Shown: piece after piece, positions 34,596 to 53,800 of the stretch | Numbering within the stretch: the first letter of the stretch is position 1 | How the letters are laid out: the number at the start of each line of letters is the position of its first letter | Source: Macrostomum lignano | Taxonomy: Eukaryota | Direction: 5' to 3' | DNA: 61,140 nucleotides | Assembly (NCBI GenBank): GCA_002269645.1 | Contig: NIVC01004085.1 | Coordinates: 1 to 61,140 of the forward strand | Notes under the pieces: model-generated | Told to the model about the DNA's origin: nothing | The model's input: the letters and a program-made list of their open reading frames with translations, nothing else | Database searches by the model: none | Made by a program: the position numbers and the translations under genes

Positions 34596-35415
34596 GTCTT
34601 TAGTTTGGACACGATGTCTTTAGTTTGGACAAGATGTCTTTAGATTGGACAAGGTGTCTTTAGTTTGGACAAGATGTCTTTAGTTTGGACAAGATGTCTT
34701 TAGTTTGGACAAGATGTCTTTAGTTTGGACAGGGTGTCTTTAGTTTGGACAGGGTGTCTTTAGTTTGGACAATATGTCTTTAGTTTGGACAAGATGTCTT
34801 TAGTTTGGACACGATGTCTTTAGTTTGGACAAGATGTCTTTAGTTTGGACACGATGTCTTTAGTTTGGACAAGATGTCTTTAGTTTGGACAAGATGTCTT
34901 TAGTTTGGACAAGATGTCTTTAGTTTGGACAAGATGTCTTTAGTTTGGACAGGGTGTCTTTAGTTTGGACAGGGTGTCTTTAGTTTGGACAGGGTGTCTT
35001 TAGTTTGGAAAGGGTGTCTTTAGTTTGGACAGGGTGTCTTTAGTTTGGACAAGATGTTTTTAGTTTGGACAAGATGTCTTTAGTTTGGACAAGATGTCTT
35101 TAGTTTGGACAAGATGTCTTTAGTTTGGACAAGATGTCTTTAGTTTGGACAGGGTGTCTTTAGTTTGGACAGGGTGTCTTTAGTTTGGACAGGGTGTCTT
35201 TAGTTTGGACAGGGTGTCTTTAGTTTGGACAAGATGTTTTTAGTTCGGACAAGATGTCTTTAGTTTGGACACAATGTCTTTAGTTTGGACAGGGTGTCTT
35301 TAGTTTAGACAGGGTGTCTTTAGTTTGGACAGGGTGTCTTTAGTTCGGACAAGATGTCTTCAATTTGGACAAGATGTCTTCAATTTGGACAAGATGTCTT
35401 CAGTTTGGACAAGTT
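34596..35415. repeat. 20-bp minisatellite (TCTTTAGTTTGGACAAGATG / ...AGGGTG)
   Basis: Visible tandem array, ~40 copies. Confidence 0.96.
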
Positions 35416-35706
35416 GCTGAGCTAACACAAAAAGCAGAGCTACCACTATTAGACTTAGGCTATTGCAGTGTCCATCAGAATTCTTGAGTTCATTGTCGCA
35501 GTTCAAGGACCACCTCACGGCAACTTAAGGATTCTTAAATAAGCGCACAGAAAGCACCTGATTGAAGCTAAATATTAGTAGCTTGAGCTCAGCAATATGA
35601 GGAGAGATTGTGACAAAAGAAATGAACTTTTTCTTTAAGTGGCCTTTTAAGTCGGGGTTGAAAAGCTCACTCAGACTGGCAAGATGAAGAGGACAGAAGA
35701 GATTAC

Positions 35707-35882
35707 TGCCGGTGGGCAGAGGTGTGACGACCGCTGGTCCGTCCAATGAGGCCTCTTGTTTTCTCGGTGCAGCCATGCAGACCCAAATTCATTCAATTGA
35801 ATTGCTGGCTGACTGCCTTGCCATTGTGGCCTGTGGTGGGATCCGAGAGCGAAGAGGCCTTTAGTGGACACTTTGGGAATTC
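35707..35882 (-). CDS. Candidate first cytoplasmic exon of the protocadherin (G-IPKVST...CPPA), phase 1-0
   Basis: cactgtag|GA acceptor and GCA|gtaatc donor; the phases bridge the phase-1 donor at 38263 to the phase-0 exon at 32945. Confidence 0.35.
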
Positions 35883-36143
35883 CTACAGTGAGATCCATCT
35901 GTGCCTATAATTGCTTTGATTCTCACCTTTGTACACAATTTGCAGTCAATTTCTATTGCCCCCGGCCAGTGGGGTTCTCTTTTACAGTAGGTGCAGCGGA
36001 CAGGAAATTAGCGATGATTTTTTGAGAGACCAAATTGGTGAAGAGAACTTCTTCTGGACTTGATTTATGACTGAACTGGCCGCTATTGCGGGACTAGCGC
36101 TCACGCGGGTGTGCTAAGCTAGAGGTTTCTAGAGTTAGCGGGC

Positions 36144-37204
<1,061 letters not shown>

Positions 37205-38262
37205 CTATTTAGTCTCCCATAAATCCGAAGACAAGCAATTGACCAACCGTTCCAGCTTCGCCGCATTCTAATCCGTCTCTGCCACATCATCGCCGATTCA
37301 GTAGAGAGCGGAAAAAGCCGGACTAAAGCCATAATCCTAGCGAGGTGGCCCCATACCCCTGCTCCCATCCAGTTTTAAAGCAGATGCATTCGTAAGCCTT
37401 GCTTCGTTGGCGCTAATAAATCCCGATGAGAAAATAGAATCGAAAAAAGCTCGCCGATTAGAATGAGAAAAAAAGCTCCTCTGTTCCGGCGAGGTGCAGC
37501 TTTGAAGAGTTTCTCCAGCCCATGAAGCAAGTGTGCAAGCGGAATTGGGCTTAACCGCATGGCGCAGGCCCGGAATCTGATGGATGATGGCCTCACATGT
37601 GCTATTTGGCAGCGATAGAGATTTCCGCCTCCCTGGCTCTTTCTCAATTTCTCTTCCTTTCACACTGGGCTGGGTGGAAGGCCACGGGATCAAGCTAACA
37701 GCAATATCCCAATGAGCCCCAGCGATTCCAGGCCATGAAGCGGCACCATGCGCTGCCGCTGGTCAGTCATCAATCAAGAGGGCCGGTTCTGCCTCTATTT
37801 TTCGTCTCCCGCTCTCCCCTCTTACTTAAAAAGCCCCTTATTCTCAAGCTAGAGCCTCACTATATATGTATACCGCGTCCTTCCTGCGCTCTTCAATGTC
37901 GGCAAAAAAGGATGCATGCCATCTCATCCATCGACTTTCCTTAACAACATGAATTGAGAGGAGGGGGCAGGCAGGCCAATTTACATGGCGAATCAAAGAA
38001 TTCATTTCCAGCCGTTATGTGGCGCACACAGCGGCTACACAGAGTCTTCTGGCTTTATAGAAGCAGCGGTGCAGCCACTGAGATTTGGCCACTTATGCTT
38101 GAAAGCGATGCTATAGCAGCCTATTCATACTAAATCTCAAGATCTCGTTTCCGAGAGGCCGATTCTTAGTCTTAGATGACTGTTTGCAATGCGGTTAAGT
38201 TAAATTGTAACCCGGATGAATTTAACCCATAAACTGTAGATAAGCGAGATTTATTTGCTCAC

Positions 38263-41173
38263 CTTTATTGTCCATAGTTCTATCGATTTTCTTGACGTAG
38301 AAAAACAGCACGAAGGCGAACACGATGACAATGATGAACACAACTACAGTTACCAGGGTTACTATGATGACGAAATTGCGGCGTTCAACGGGACCTTCGT
38401 CCAGTCTGTTGACGGTCCTATGGCCGCCTCGCTCGTAGTTGTAGTTGCCGCCGACTCCGCCGGCTTGGCCGCCGCGTCCGCCGTTGACGTCGCCGCCAAG
38501 GACCGGCGGTTGTGGCCTTGTCCGCACAATTGTGACGACGCAGGGATATTCACGGCGATGGCGCGGCTCGCTCGGATCCTCAACTCGAATAATCATCTCA
38601 TAGATCTCTCGGTCAGCTTGGTTGGCCGGCAGTCTCTGAATGCACAGCTGTTGACTATCGAAGCGGAACTGCACCGAGCCGTCCGTCACCGCATGACGCG
38701 CTCCTTGTCGCAGTTCAGTGATATTCTCCAACGTCATCACGGCTTTCGGCTGTTGAAAACCGGACGAGTCGGCGAAATCATCCGGGTCACGAATTTCGTA
38801 ATCGAACAGAGTGCACCGGTGTTCCTCGGGGAGCACCTGTCGGTTATAGAAGATTCCACTGTCAATGAACTGCACTCGCAGCAGCTGCGGCGGCTCATTG
38901 CAAGTCTGGCGTGTCTGCTGGCCACCAACGCTTGACAGAGTCTGGCAGAGTCGTGGCGGATGGTCGTTGATGTTGGTGACGTAGACAGTTACGGTGGTCA
39001 CTGATGGAGAGCCCGGTTCGCTAGCTGACAGCCTTGACGAACCGGGCGCCAGAACTAGTGAGCTGGGGTTTTCAGCTAGAACCCGGAACTGGAAATACTG
39101 GTACTGTTCCCTATCTATACGGGCCACCACGCGAACGTCTCCGCTATTTGGGTCAATTCGGAAGTAGCGATCCGCTTCCCGCCGACCAAATCCGTCCAGG
39201 CCGCTGCCATCGGCCGTCAGAATACGAAAGTTCACGCGACTATTCTCCGGAAGTGTGTCAGCATCCGTGGCGTTGATACGACCGATGATAATGTCGCTGA
39301 TTTCCTCCTGAACGTTGAACCGGTAGCCTTTGTCGTATTCTACTATAATAGGCGGATTATCGTTGACGTCAATCACGTCAATGACGACTCCTGCTACACT
39401 GCGCATCGAAGCGTTATTCTCGTTGACGGCTGTCACATTGAATCTGTAGCTTTTCTGGTCCTCATAGTCTAGCTCGCCATTGACGAGAATGTTGCCTTGG
39501 ACGTCGATGCTAAATGGTGCCGCCTCAGGCCCCTGTAGTTTGTAGACGATACGATTGTTGGGAAAGGCGTCCCGATCAACGGCTTGAATCCGATTTCCGG
39601 CGTCCATTTGTACAATTTTGCGTCTGGACGAGTTTTCCGGGACGCTGCCGCGGTACAGCTGTCGGCTGAATTCCGGCGGACAGTCGTTGACGTCTGAAAT
39701 CGCTACAGTCAGAGTTGCTGTGGAAGAAGCCGCTGAGTTCATACTGTCCTGACAGGCCACAACAACACGATGCTCGTCGCGTTGTTCTCGGTCAAATACA
39801 GCCACTGTTCGCAGATTGAACTCTTTTGTTAGTCCGAATACTTCTTTTTCTTCCAAGCGGAAGAGGCCCGCTCCACTGGTCAGAGTGCAATGAAGTCTTC
39901 CATACTCGGACTTGAGCTCTAGGTCGGGGTCTTTAACCTCGACAGAAGCAATCTTCAGACCTGACGGGCTGTTCTCAAGAAGCTCCACCCTGTCGCGACG
40001 ATCCCCGCCGTTCCAAAAGGTGATGCTAATGAGATGATCGTCAATGTTCTGCACCATGATAGACACGGAGACACTGCTTGAATGTCTTGGCATACCGAAA
40101 TCGCTAGCAACGATGTGGAAACTGAAGCTCTTGACCTGCTCGTAGTCTATGGCCAATAGAGTTTTCAATTCCCATAGATTAGGACCGCCTGACATCGGCT
40201 TGACTTCGAAGTACCGATCAGCTCTAAGTCGCGGCTCCACGCTTGGCGGCGGTTTGATGTCGCATTTCACTCGTCCGTTATCGTTGCTGTCTCGGTCTTC
40301 AACGCGAAACCGCGCCACCTGTTGCCTGCTGTAACTCCCGCCGTGGAACGAAGTAGTTGTCTCGTTCAACCGGATGGTGTAGCCAGGTTCGAAGTCTAAA
40401 ATCCTAGGGGTGTCGTCGTTCACGTCCTTGATTTCAATGAGAACAGACAGACTGCCAGTTAACTGGGGCTCTCCCCCATCGACAGCTAGGAAAATGAAAC
40501 CCATCTCTGGCGTCTCCTCGCGATCCACCGGCAGTGTTAGTCGAAGCTTCGGCGTTAGTGGCCACTGACTGTCGATGAGCAGGAAGTGCCTATCAAAGGT
40601 GACATTGTCCGGCAGCTTGTTGGAGATTTTGTACTCCTTGACGCCATTCTCAGGCGTGTCCGCGTCCGATGCTGCCGGCAGCTCCAGCTCGTATCCTGGT
40701 CGGCTATCCTCGCTGAGGCTTAAGTACACCCGATCGATGTGGTTCTCAAAGTTCGGCGGTGAATCGTTTACGTCATCGATGAGCAGACGGATGTAGAACT
40801 CCCGGGTTTGGCTAGTCGCTAAGCGGACTTCAATTCGCAGGAGTTTGCAGCATTGCTCGGGACACGGCGAGCCGGAGCGGCACACCTGTTCGCGGTCCAG
40901 CGCGCCCTGCAGGCCGATCTGCCCGTCGCTGAGTATGTGAAACGGGTAGGCCTCTTTCTCCTTGAAGAAGGAGATCCGCCTGGCGCTGTCTGCTTGAGCG
41001 TCGCCCAGTTGGCTGCGCAGCAGAGGCATCAGGTCCATGCGGAACGCCGTTGTGCCCTCTCTGACGGTTCTGGTTGCCAGCAATGGCGGGCTGTACACTG
41101 AATGACAGGGAAGGAACTGCAGGAAGTTTAGGATCACTAGCACCAGAGAATGCTGCACTGCTAACCTTCTCAT
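38263..41173 (-). CDS. Protocadherin (non-clustered/delta-like): signal peptide, 6 clear plus 1 degenerate cadherin repeats, and a TM helix in one exon
   Basis: Repeated LDRE/IDYE, DVNDNPP-type and A.D.D motifs; EC1 LDREQVC-X5-C motif; hydrophobic TM FVIIVTLVTVVVFIIVIVFAFVLFFYV; donor AAAG|gtgagc at 38263; acceptor ttttttttcag| at 41204 upstream of the ATG at 41173. Confidence 0.93.
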
Positions 41174-42145
41174 GCTTCTTTTATGCTCCTGTGTTAGTGG
41201 CGATCTGAAAAAAAACGTGTTTTGATTAGTTCCCATTCTTTATTAACATCGCCTAAGAATTTTAAAGGCATGGAATTTGAAAATTATACACTTCAGATCT
41301 TCTACACTTTGCCACTTAGTCATTCTGTCTGTCTTTCACTTCTCACTTCATTCCGGCAGCAGAGAGGGCCGTCTTATTTTCCTGGCCTCTCGCAGTTCAC
41401 TTCCTATAGCTACCTCAGTAAATTTCTGCGCACTGGGGCATGCCCTCCTCCCCCACGCCGCCCCCGTCTCCTAATGATCCAGTCGGGGAGCAGGCCTTCA
41501 ATTTTGCGAGCATAAAATTTGCTCGCCCAGGCCATTAAGCCCTCCCCTTAGCCGTGCCCGCTAAACCCGGACTCAAAGCGGTGCGGTTCTCAGGTCCATC
41601 TATCAATGCATCTATATTCTCTCGCTCGCCTGCTGACAATTATGCTACTTCCCCTCGTCTATAATAAACAGCTATACGGACCCTGGTGTCCGGTTCATAC
41701 GCGGAGAATGATGCAACGAATGGCATCGCGGTGCATGTTTATATACTTGAACGTTCTGTCAGCTTGGGAACTCTCTGATTTACGAGTATATTGCGCTCAG
41801 TAATATGAGCGAAAGTAGAGCATGGCCCACTGCCAGTTTAGAAACTCTTAGCCTAGTAGCCAGGGGCGGATAAAAAAGCAGGCTGAGAGGGAGTAAAATT
41901 CGATTTGCCCTAGCAGAAATTGCCAGAGTGTGAGCACAGATATTGCATCTGCGCTCAATAGGGGCCCTCAGCTTCTCCACTCGATTCAGTCTCCGCTCAC
42001 ACTTTCTCCTCGATGCCGGCGTCTACTCGCTTTAGCCGAAATCCCTGAAATCTTTCCAAATAGTTTTGCGCTCTATTCACTCCAACTGCCCCCCAGCAGT
42101 CCCAGCTCCCCTGTTTTCCATCTACCCGGCTCTCACACTTCGCTC

Positions 42146-42183
<38 letters not shown>

Positions 42184-43214
42184 CGTGTCCGCCATCGCAG
42201 CCGCCCGATGTCCATCGAATCGGCAAGCCGCTGAAATTAAATTGCTCGATTGCATCCATTCTAGCTCTATATATCGCTTCTGTGTGTTGTATTGCATGCG
42301 TCTGTGTGTGTGTGTCCCAGAGGACTTTCTGCCTCTCTCTCTCTCTCTCCCACAGACTCTGTCTTTTTCGCTTGGTCAAGCTGGGGGCAAGAAAATATGA
42401 TTTACCGGAATAGTGAGGTGCCAGAGAGGAATGTTTCACCGAATCTAGTCCAGTTTCGAGTTCAAAGTGTTCGGCTTGAGGAGGGTTGGAGGGACAGTTC
42501 GTGCGAAAATTCCCCCGTTTTGCAAGATCGGGGATTTGCTACAAAAGCGTTGCGGCTTGTTTTTGCAACAATCAAAGAATGAAACGTTACTATTTCTTAG
42601 AAGCGCATCTGCTTCTGGCTTGCGCCTTGTAATGTCAATACTGTGCAGCACGAACAGAGCAAGAATTTCAAAGGCTCCTAAGGCCCATATAGGCTTGCTT
42701 TTAGCATGACAATTGTGACACGTGGAGCCGTGATGACGAAAGGACGGCGTATTTTCTCCTGTGGTGTTTGCTCAGTTCCTCGCGGCGTGACTTAATCGCA
42801 ATTTCTGTTATCTATCACATATATAAACTTCATCTAGCCATGTGTGTATTCGATTGCGGCAATCTGTCTCTCTACTGACAAGGCGATATTTGTAACGCCT
42901 TCAGTAAGTTCACCCAACTGGCATTGACAGGGATGGATCATTCCTGCCATTGGGCAGGCAATTCTCGGCAAGATTCTTGCAGCAAAGGTTGAAATAAAAT
43001 GTTTTGATGGATTACAAAAAAACACAACCAGTCGTCTGACTGACGCAATTAAAGAAATTGGAAATCTGATACGGGTTGAGTCTGCTCAGCTCACACGATT
43101 CCGTGTCACTGCAGATATCCAAGTGTATGGACTGATTTGACACCCTTTCTTTTCATGCGCAGACCTGATGCAGTATTCATCTTTAGTGCTGCTGATGTTG
43201 TTGGTAATCTTAGT

Positions 43215-44902
<1,688 letters not shown>

Positions 44903-46446
44903 TTTTCTATATCTGTTTAGTGCCTATTTACACAAAGTTACTAAGTTTCAAGTGTATAACTTCATTCGAACAAGCGTGCTATCAATATTCAAGCTAAGGA
45001 ATAGCAGAGCAGTGTGTGCCTGAGCTATTCCAGGAAACCACCTACGCATCAGACCTTCATGTAAATAGCAACGTCATACGTAAATTGAGCTTGCTCAAAT
45101 TTATATCCTAATTAAGATCCCATTCAAGATTCGGACAGGGACTTATCTTTGACAAAGTCAAAATAGCCTTGGACTTGGAGCGGTTTGAATTTGACGCGAT
45201 ATGTAGATCACTGCTCAGTCAGGCAATATAAAAATATCTATCCAAGATTGTACGACCTATTCTCATTAGTTGGCAGTCCGCCCACCACTCTAAAGTCGTG
45301 ACGTGTCTTACTTATCTCTCTCCAGTTGTTGGAAACTTCAATATTAGCTGAGGCCGAAAAGTCAGGTCAAAGAGGGGTTTGGTTATAAAACCGCGTTCTA
45401 GTCTGAACTCTGATCTTTAATGGTAGTGATAGGCATTTGGACTTTTGAATGTCTTTTTAGTTGGACAACCAGAAAGAGGGTACCAGTCCATAACAGACGC
45501 TGGCATGAGAATGGCTTATTTCCACCTTAATCACATCCACAGACTCGATCACATGGAGATGGTCACGGAGTGCCAGTCAGGAAAGCACTGATTGCTAGCT
45601 ACTTTGATAAAATGAGCTAATAATTCATTTAGGTTATCTCGCAGTTCATATAGTTTCATTGCTAATTAGTCTAATTATATTAGCATGCAGGTTAGGAATA
45701 GGATAGCTAACAATGCAAATGGAGATATCCAATAAGTAAGAGCACCTGCTAGAAATGATTCTTACCTGACAACTCTAGGGAAAGTTGGAAAAGTCCAAAT
45801 GAGAGCTATATCGTTTTCTAGATCTTTTTTTGAACTAACCGCGTCAATTCAAATGTACAGTTGCATTTCTCGCTCTCGCTCCATTAGCTGTACCGTTTTG
45901 ATGCAACCACGAGCTGGTTCGGCCCAAATTGAAGACTTGGCTGCCTTATTGCAACAGATTTTTTACTCTCTCAGTATCTGTGCCTATGAAAAGGCTTTGT
46001 GGATGGAAACGTGTTTAGGCTTGAGAGCTCGTTGATTGGCTGAGGAATTCTGACAGCCAATTGGGTTGATTTGTTAAAAATGTTACTTGAATAAATGGGA
46101 GATCGCATGCCCCATGGCTATCATCCCGATAAATAGTTTGCAAGTTGTAAAACTTCGAGATTTAAATTTTTAAATATTCGTGTTTTTGTGTCCAATTTAA
46201 ATGCTTTTTCGTTTTATTGATTCTTAATTTTGATTAATACGTCTGATTCTTACCTAGCACGCTTATCTTGCTACTTGTAATAAGTAGAGTTTCTAGCATA
46301 TTCCTGCCCTTTTTACGACTTGCGAAAATGACTAAATTACCGATACTTGATACAAAAAAATCTATTCTAAGGCAAAATTCAGTGGTGTCTATGGGCTTAC
46401 CAACTTACCAACTAATTTGTCAACCTGATTGGCTTTATATGGTCGA

Positions 46447-49505
<3,059 letters not shown>

Positions 49506-50486
49506 TTGGCTACTGACAGTAGTTGATACGAGCATACACGACGTTTTCAAATAAAACTCAATTAAACATAAACAAGCTTGTATGCTGATTCGTCCTTTCA
49601 AAATCAGATAGACACAGAGAGTCTCAGGAGACTCTTTGAAACAAAAGTAACGAATGATTTCGATTTCGAGCTGTCAGAGCGGATTAGTGGATAAGTATGA
49701 TGTGCTCAGCTCACTCGCAGCGATAGCAGTTAACTCGAAAATCGTGCATGTAAGTCAATAGTATTTCTAGTCAGCTCCGTGTCGACTGGCCAGACTAACA
49801 GTCGTTCGTAAACTAAATCAACATTGGCGCTAGCATAGAAGCCAATATACGTAACTGCCGGCACAGTGACCCAATCAGGCTAATGTAACATCCGATTCCC
49901 TGGCTTATCGTCACACATCTCGATTTCTCCCTAACTGCTAGCTGGCCCAGCAACTAAAAAGGCTCATAAAACCAGATTGATTTTTACACTTAACTAGCCG
50001 TAGCTCTGCACTGACCGATTTCAGACGGGAGTCCAGGAGTTTACTATAGCAGGTGAGTGCTTCTTCAACTCTGGTTGTTTTAATTGTGTCCATACGGCAT
50101 AGTCAAAATTTCTTGTGAAGCTCCAAAACAACAGCAGAAACCGCGGTCAACTGACCCCAATTACCGACTGGCAGAGAGACAATTGCATCAAAATTGCAAT
50201 TATTATCATAAATTATGTTAGATTAGAGCTCGCGTTTAATCAATTTGATCCATCGTTCTCCAAGAACTTTTCTATTGATTTGGCAGTAGTCGCGTGTACG
50301 AAAACTGGACTGTGGATCACGGAGCAAAAGCCAACTCAGCGGCCGGTGTATAGTTGTGTACCAAACACAATTGCTTGATTCAATTAGCGATCCAGTTAAA
50401 GGCGGATAAGAGTGGTGAGAGTTGAGAGAGTGATTATAATAGATTGGCGCGCGCGCGTTTCGTTGGTCCTACGTTGCTTCGTCGCC

Positions 50487-50846
50487 ATGGCAACGGAGCA
50501 AAATAGTAGCCAGTCTTGGCAGGCTACGGATGTGGAGGATAAAAGCAGACAGCTTGAGAGTTCTGGCCGGGAGAAGAAATCGTTCCCAGCTCTAGCAGGT
50601 ATACACAGAACCGCCGTTGTCTACAGCGGCATATCACTGTTGAAGAAGACCAACACTGTTGGAACGAAAGTTCAAACGGCGATAGCTATGCCGTCGACCG
50701 GACCTGCTGGCGGCGAGCACGCCGCCCTCGCTGCAACCGGCGCTGCCGTTGCGCCGACGATAAAGTCGAACCCTGGCAGCGACGTTAACATGCAGCTGCT
50801 GTCGACTAGCAGCTTACCGAATGTCACAGCAGCGCACCTGTTCCAG
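50487..50846 (+). CDS. TRPA1: TRPA1-like exon 1
   Basis: GCCATGG start context, open frame, CAG|gtatac donor. Confidence 0.7.
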
Positions 50847-53800
50847 GTATACCTAATATTTGTGACATATTTCTTTTAGTACTTTTCGAGAATTACCAGA
50901 GGAGTACTTTAATACTTTAGCGGCGACTCTTTAAGTTTTTCTTAGTGTATGTTTTTGGGTGTTCTAGCTCTTTTGTCAGATAGACCACGCTTATGTACTG
51001 AAAATATGTAAATGTAGCTGCAAAGAGAAAGCAGAATAATTTAGCGGTTGATGCACTTTTGGAAGGTTCGAATTCAATACTCGAGGTTTGCGTGTATGAA
51101 ACTTAACCGACGCCTTTTTCTTGAGATTAACCCCCGGGGCACAGTCGGTAGCTATTGGTATAAGTTATACAGGCGGATCCATAGGGGTGGTCAAGGGAGT
51201 CGGCTGACCACCTCGGAAAAATCCCTAAATCCGGCACAAGGTGTGACGATGAGAAAGGTGGGGGCCGCTGTGCATCCTTTTTGAGTATGAACACGTATAC
51301 GTTCTCGGGAGTTGGAAGAATGGAAGTAGCTAAATACGAATATATGCTTAATGCTTCACTACTGAACTACAGAGTCCTATATTCTCACATCCTTACCACA
51401 GTGCGCAGTCTCTGGTATGGCGGACGAGCTTCGACAGATATTCGACGGCAACTCTGAGGCCATCGACACCACCAATGAGCACGGACAGAGCCTCCTGCAC
51501 GTGGCCGCCAAAGCCGGTCAGACCAGCATCATCGCCCTGCTGATTGAGGAAGGCGCCAGTGAGTTTCAAAAGTAAAATATTTATTAATCTTTAATTCTCT
51601 TGACCGGTTTGCACCAAAACTTCCGTTTTCTTTCAGACATTGACTTTCAAGACAATGAAGGTAAAACGGCGCTGTACGAGGCCATCGAAGCGGACCAGGT
51701 GAAGACTGTCCGCCTGTTGGTTGAGCTGGGCGCCAACGTCAACTTGGCCACGGTGAGAGAGCGCAAGGCGCCAGTTCACCTGGCCTCCGAGCTGAACCGG
51801 GTGGAGTGCCTGCAAGCACTTCGCGACTCGCCCGAGTGGAATGCCAACCTGGAGGGTTACCATGGCTACACGGCGTTGCACTTCGCCTGCAGCAAAGATG
51901 CTGCCGATGTCTGCCAACTTCTGGTGAGTCTGGCTGTGAAAGCAACAAAAGTGATTGTCGAACTTTGTTTAATAGTACAGCCCGTGATGGAGAGTTAATT
52001 AGCTTAGAGATTAGGGCAACTGACTCTCGCGCTAGTGAGCTACACAGGTTCCATTCCATGCGCATGTGTTCATGGCGATGGGAACGACAAGGCTGCTGTA
52101 CGGTGCACCCTAGCTATACAATTGTATATCTGAGTACGCATCCATGTGCATGTTACTGGAATAGGCATGACCGCCTGCTCCTTCGCTGGGTTGCTGGTCA
52201 ACTGTCACCAGCAAATTTTTTTAGAGGCAGGGGGGTTGTGTGCACCCTGGCGCACTTTAAGCGACATAGGCACACAACCGGCGAGAGGCATTACTGCCCA
52301 TTCTGCCGACTCCCCTGAGCAGGCATACAAGCGCGCGGATACGTACGCAGGCACACACTCACACAGGAGTGTACAGCGGCCCTAACTTTATATTATCGTT
52401 AGGCATGTACACTTCACTGTGCCTTGGGGGGTTGGCTCTCAAGGCCGTTAATTGCACGAGCAGAGCCAAGCCGAGATTCCAATTCAGCCCCAAATTAATG
52501 TGACTGCACTTGGAATCGAGCCTGGGTCGCTGGCACACCAGAGCAGCTGCGCTACCGCTGGGCTACGGCCCCCCTCGTCGCCAGCAAAACTTTTAGCCAA
52601 AGTATATTCGTATGTGATTCTGTGTTGCTTCAATTGAATGTCAAATCTGTGCACACCTGTGTCGTGCACGTGTACAGCTAACTCCATTGCCTGTCGTTCT
52701 CTTTCTATTCTACTCCGGTTTTTCTACCCTTATCTTTTGTGCACTGTAAAAACTTTAGCGGCAGTCTAGTGCATAACGATAGGGTTGAAAAAAATTCAGG
52801 TGCTAACTGAGGTGTCTAACTATAAAAAAGGTTTCTTACCAGAATTTTCCAAGACTTACAACGTTAGTTTGTTATTTCTTTAAGCTTTAGACGCGAATAA
52901 TGTTTTTAACAGTTTCACTGTGCCTCTTGGCTTTCGTTCTGTACTTTGTTCTCGTGGCCAAGGCACCGAAGTCTGGCGACCCGCCGAATCCAGGCTGGTA
53001 CCCGTTAGTTGGCAGTTTGCCTTTCCTGCGCGAGCCGCTGGAGGAGTTCCTTAGCGAGAAGCAGTTCGCCAAGCAGCCTGTTGTAGTTCTCTACATGGGC
53101 CTGGAGAAGCTCTACTGCTTAAACACTTACGAAGCGATTAAAGATGCTTTCATCTCGCAGGGTGATAAGTTTCTGGGGCGTCAACAAACGTTTATCCTGC
53201 CCGAGCTGACCGGCGAGAAAGCGGGAATAATTCTAAGCGAGGATGAGCAGTGGCGTCTTTATCGACGGTTGAGCTTGAAAACGCTTCGAGACTTTGGCTT
53301 CGGACGTCAGGGAGCCGAGGAAATTATCCTGGGCGAGGTGGAGGAGCTGCGATCGAGAATCGAAGACCAGGGCATTCAAGCCGGGCTCCCACTGGACACG
53401 GTGCCATTGCTAAGCACGGCCGTCAGCAATGTCATCTGCCAGATGGTCTTCGGCACTCGGCTGGCCTCGGAGGATCCGGAGTTCGGTCGCGTCCTGGAGA
53501 TGTTTCAACGAATTACACAGAGCCAGAACAATCGGACTCGCAGCATGGTGTTCCAGCTTCATCAGGACTACTATGTGAAGCTTAAACCTCTGCTGCGTCT
53601 AGTGATAGCACTGCGCCGCAAGCAGATCAACATATTTGGCGAGCTGATCAAATTCTGTAGAAAGCAGCTTGAGAAGCACAAAGCCGACCTGGGCAGCCCG
53701 GAGCACCCCAGAGACTACATCGAAGCCTTCTTGCACCAACAGGCATCTAATCCGAGCGAGTTTAACGACGTCCGACTCTCCCTGGCTGTGCTGGACCTTT

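Noticed and set aside
38255-38935. 226-aa plus-strand ORF and other ORFs antisense to the cadherin and P450
   Set aside because: Shadow ORFs of GC-rich coding sequence with no recognisable domains.
51165-51285. hAT-like CAGGCGGATCC start in TRPA1 intron 1
   Set aside because: Only a partial resemblance; no matching right end or TSD found.
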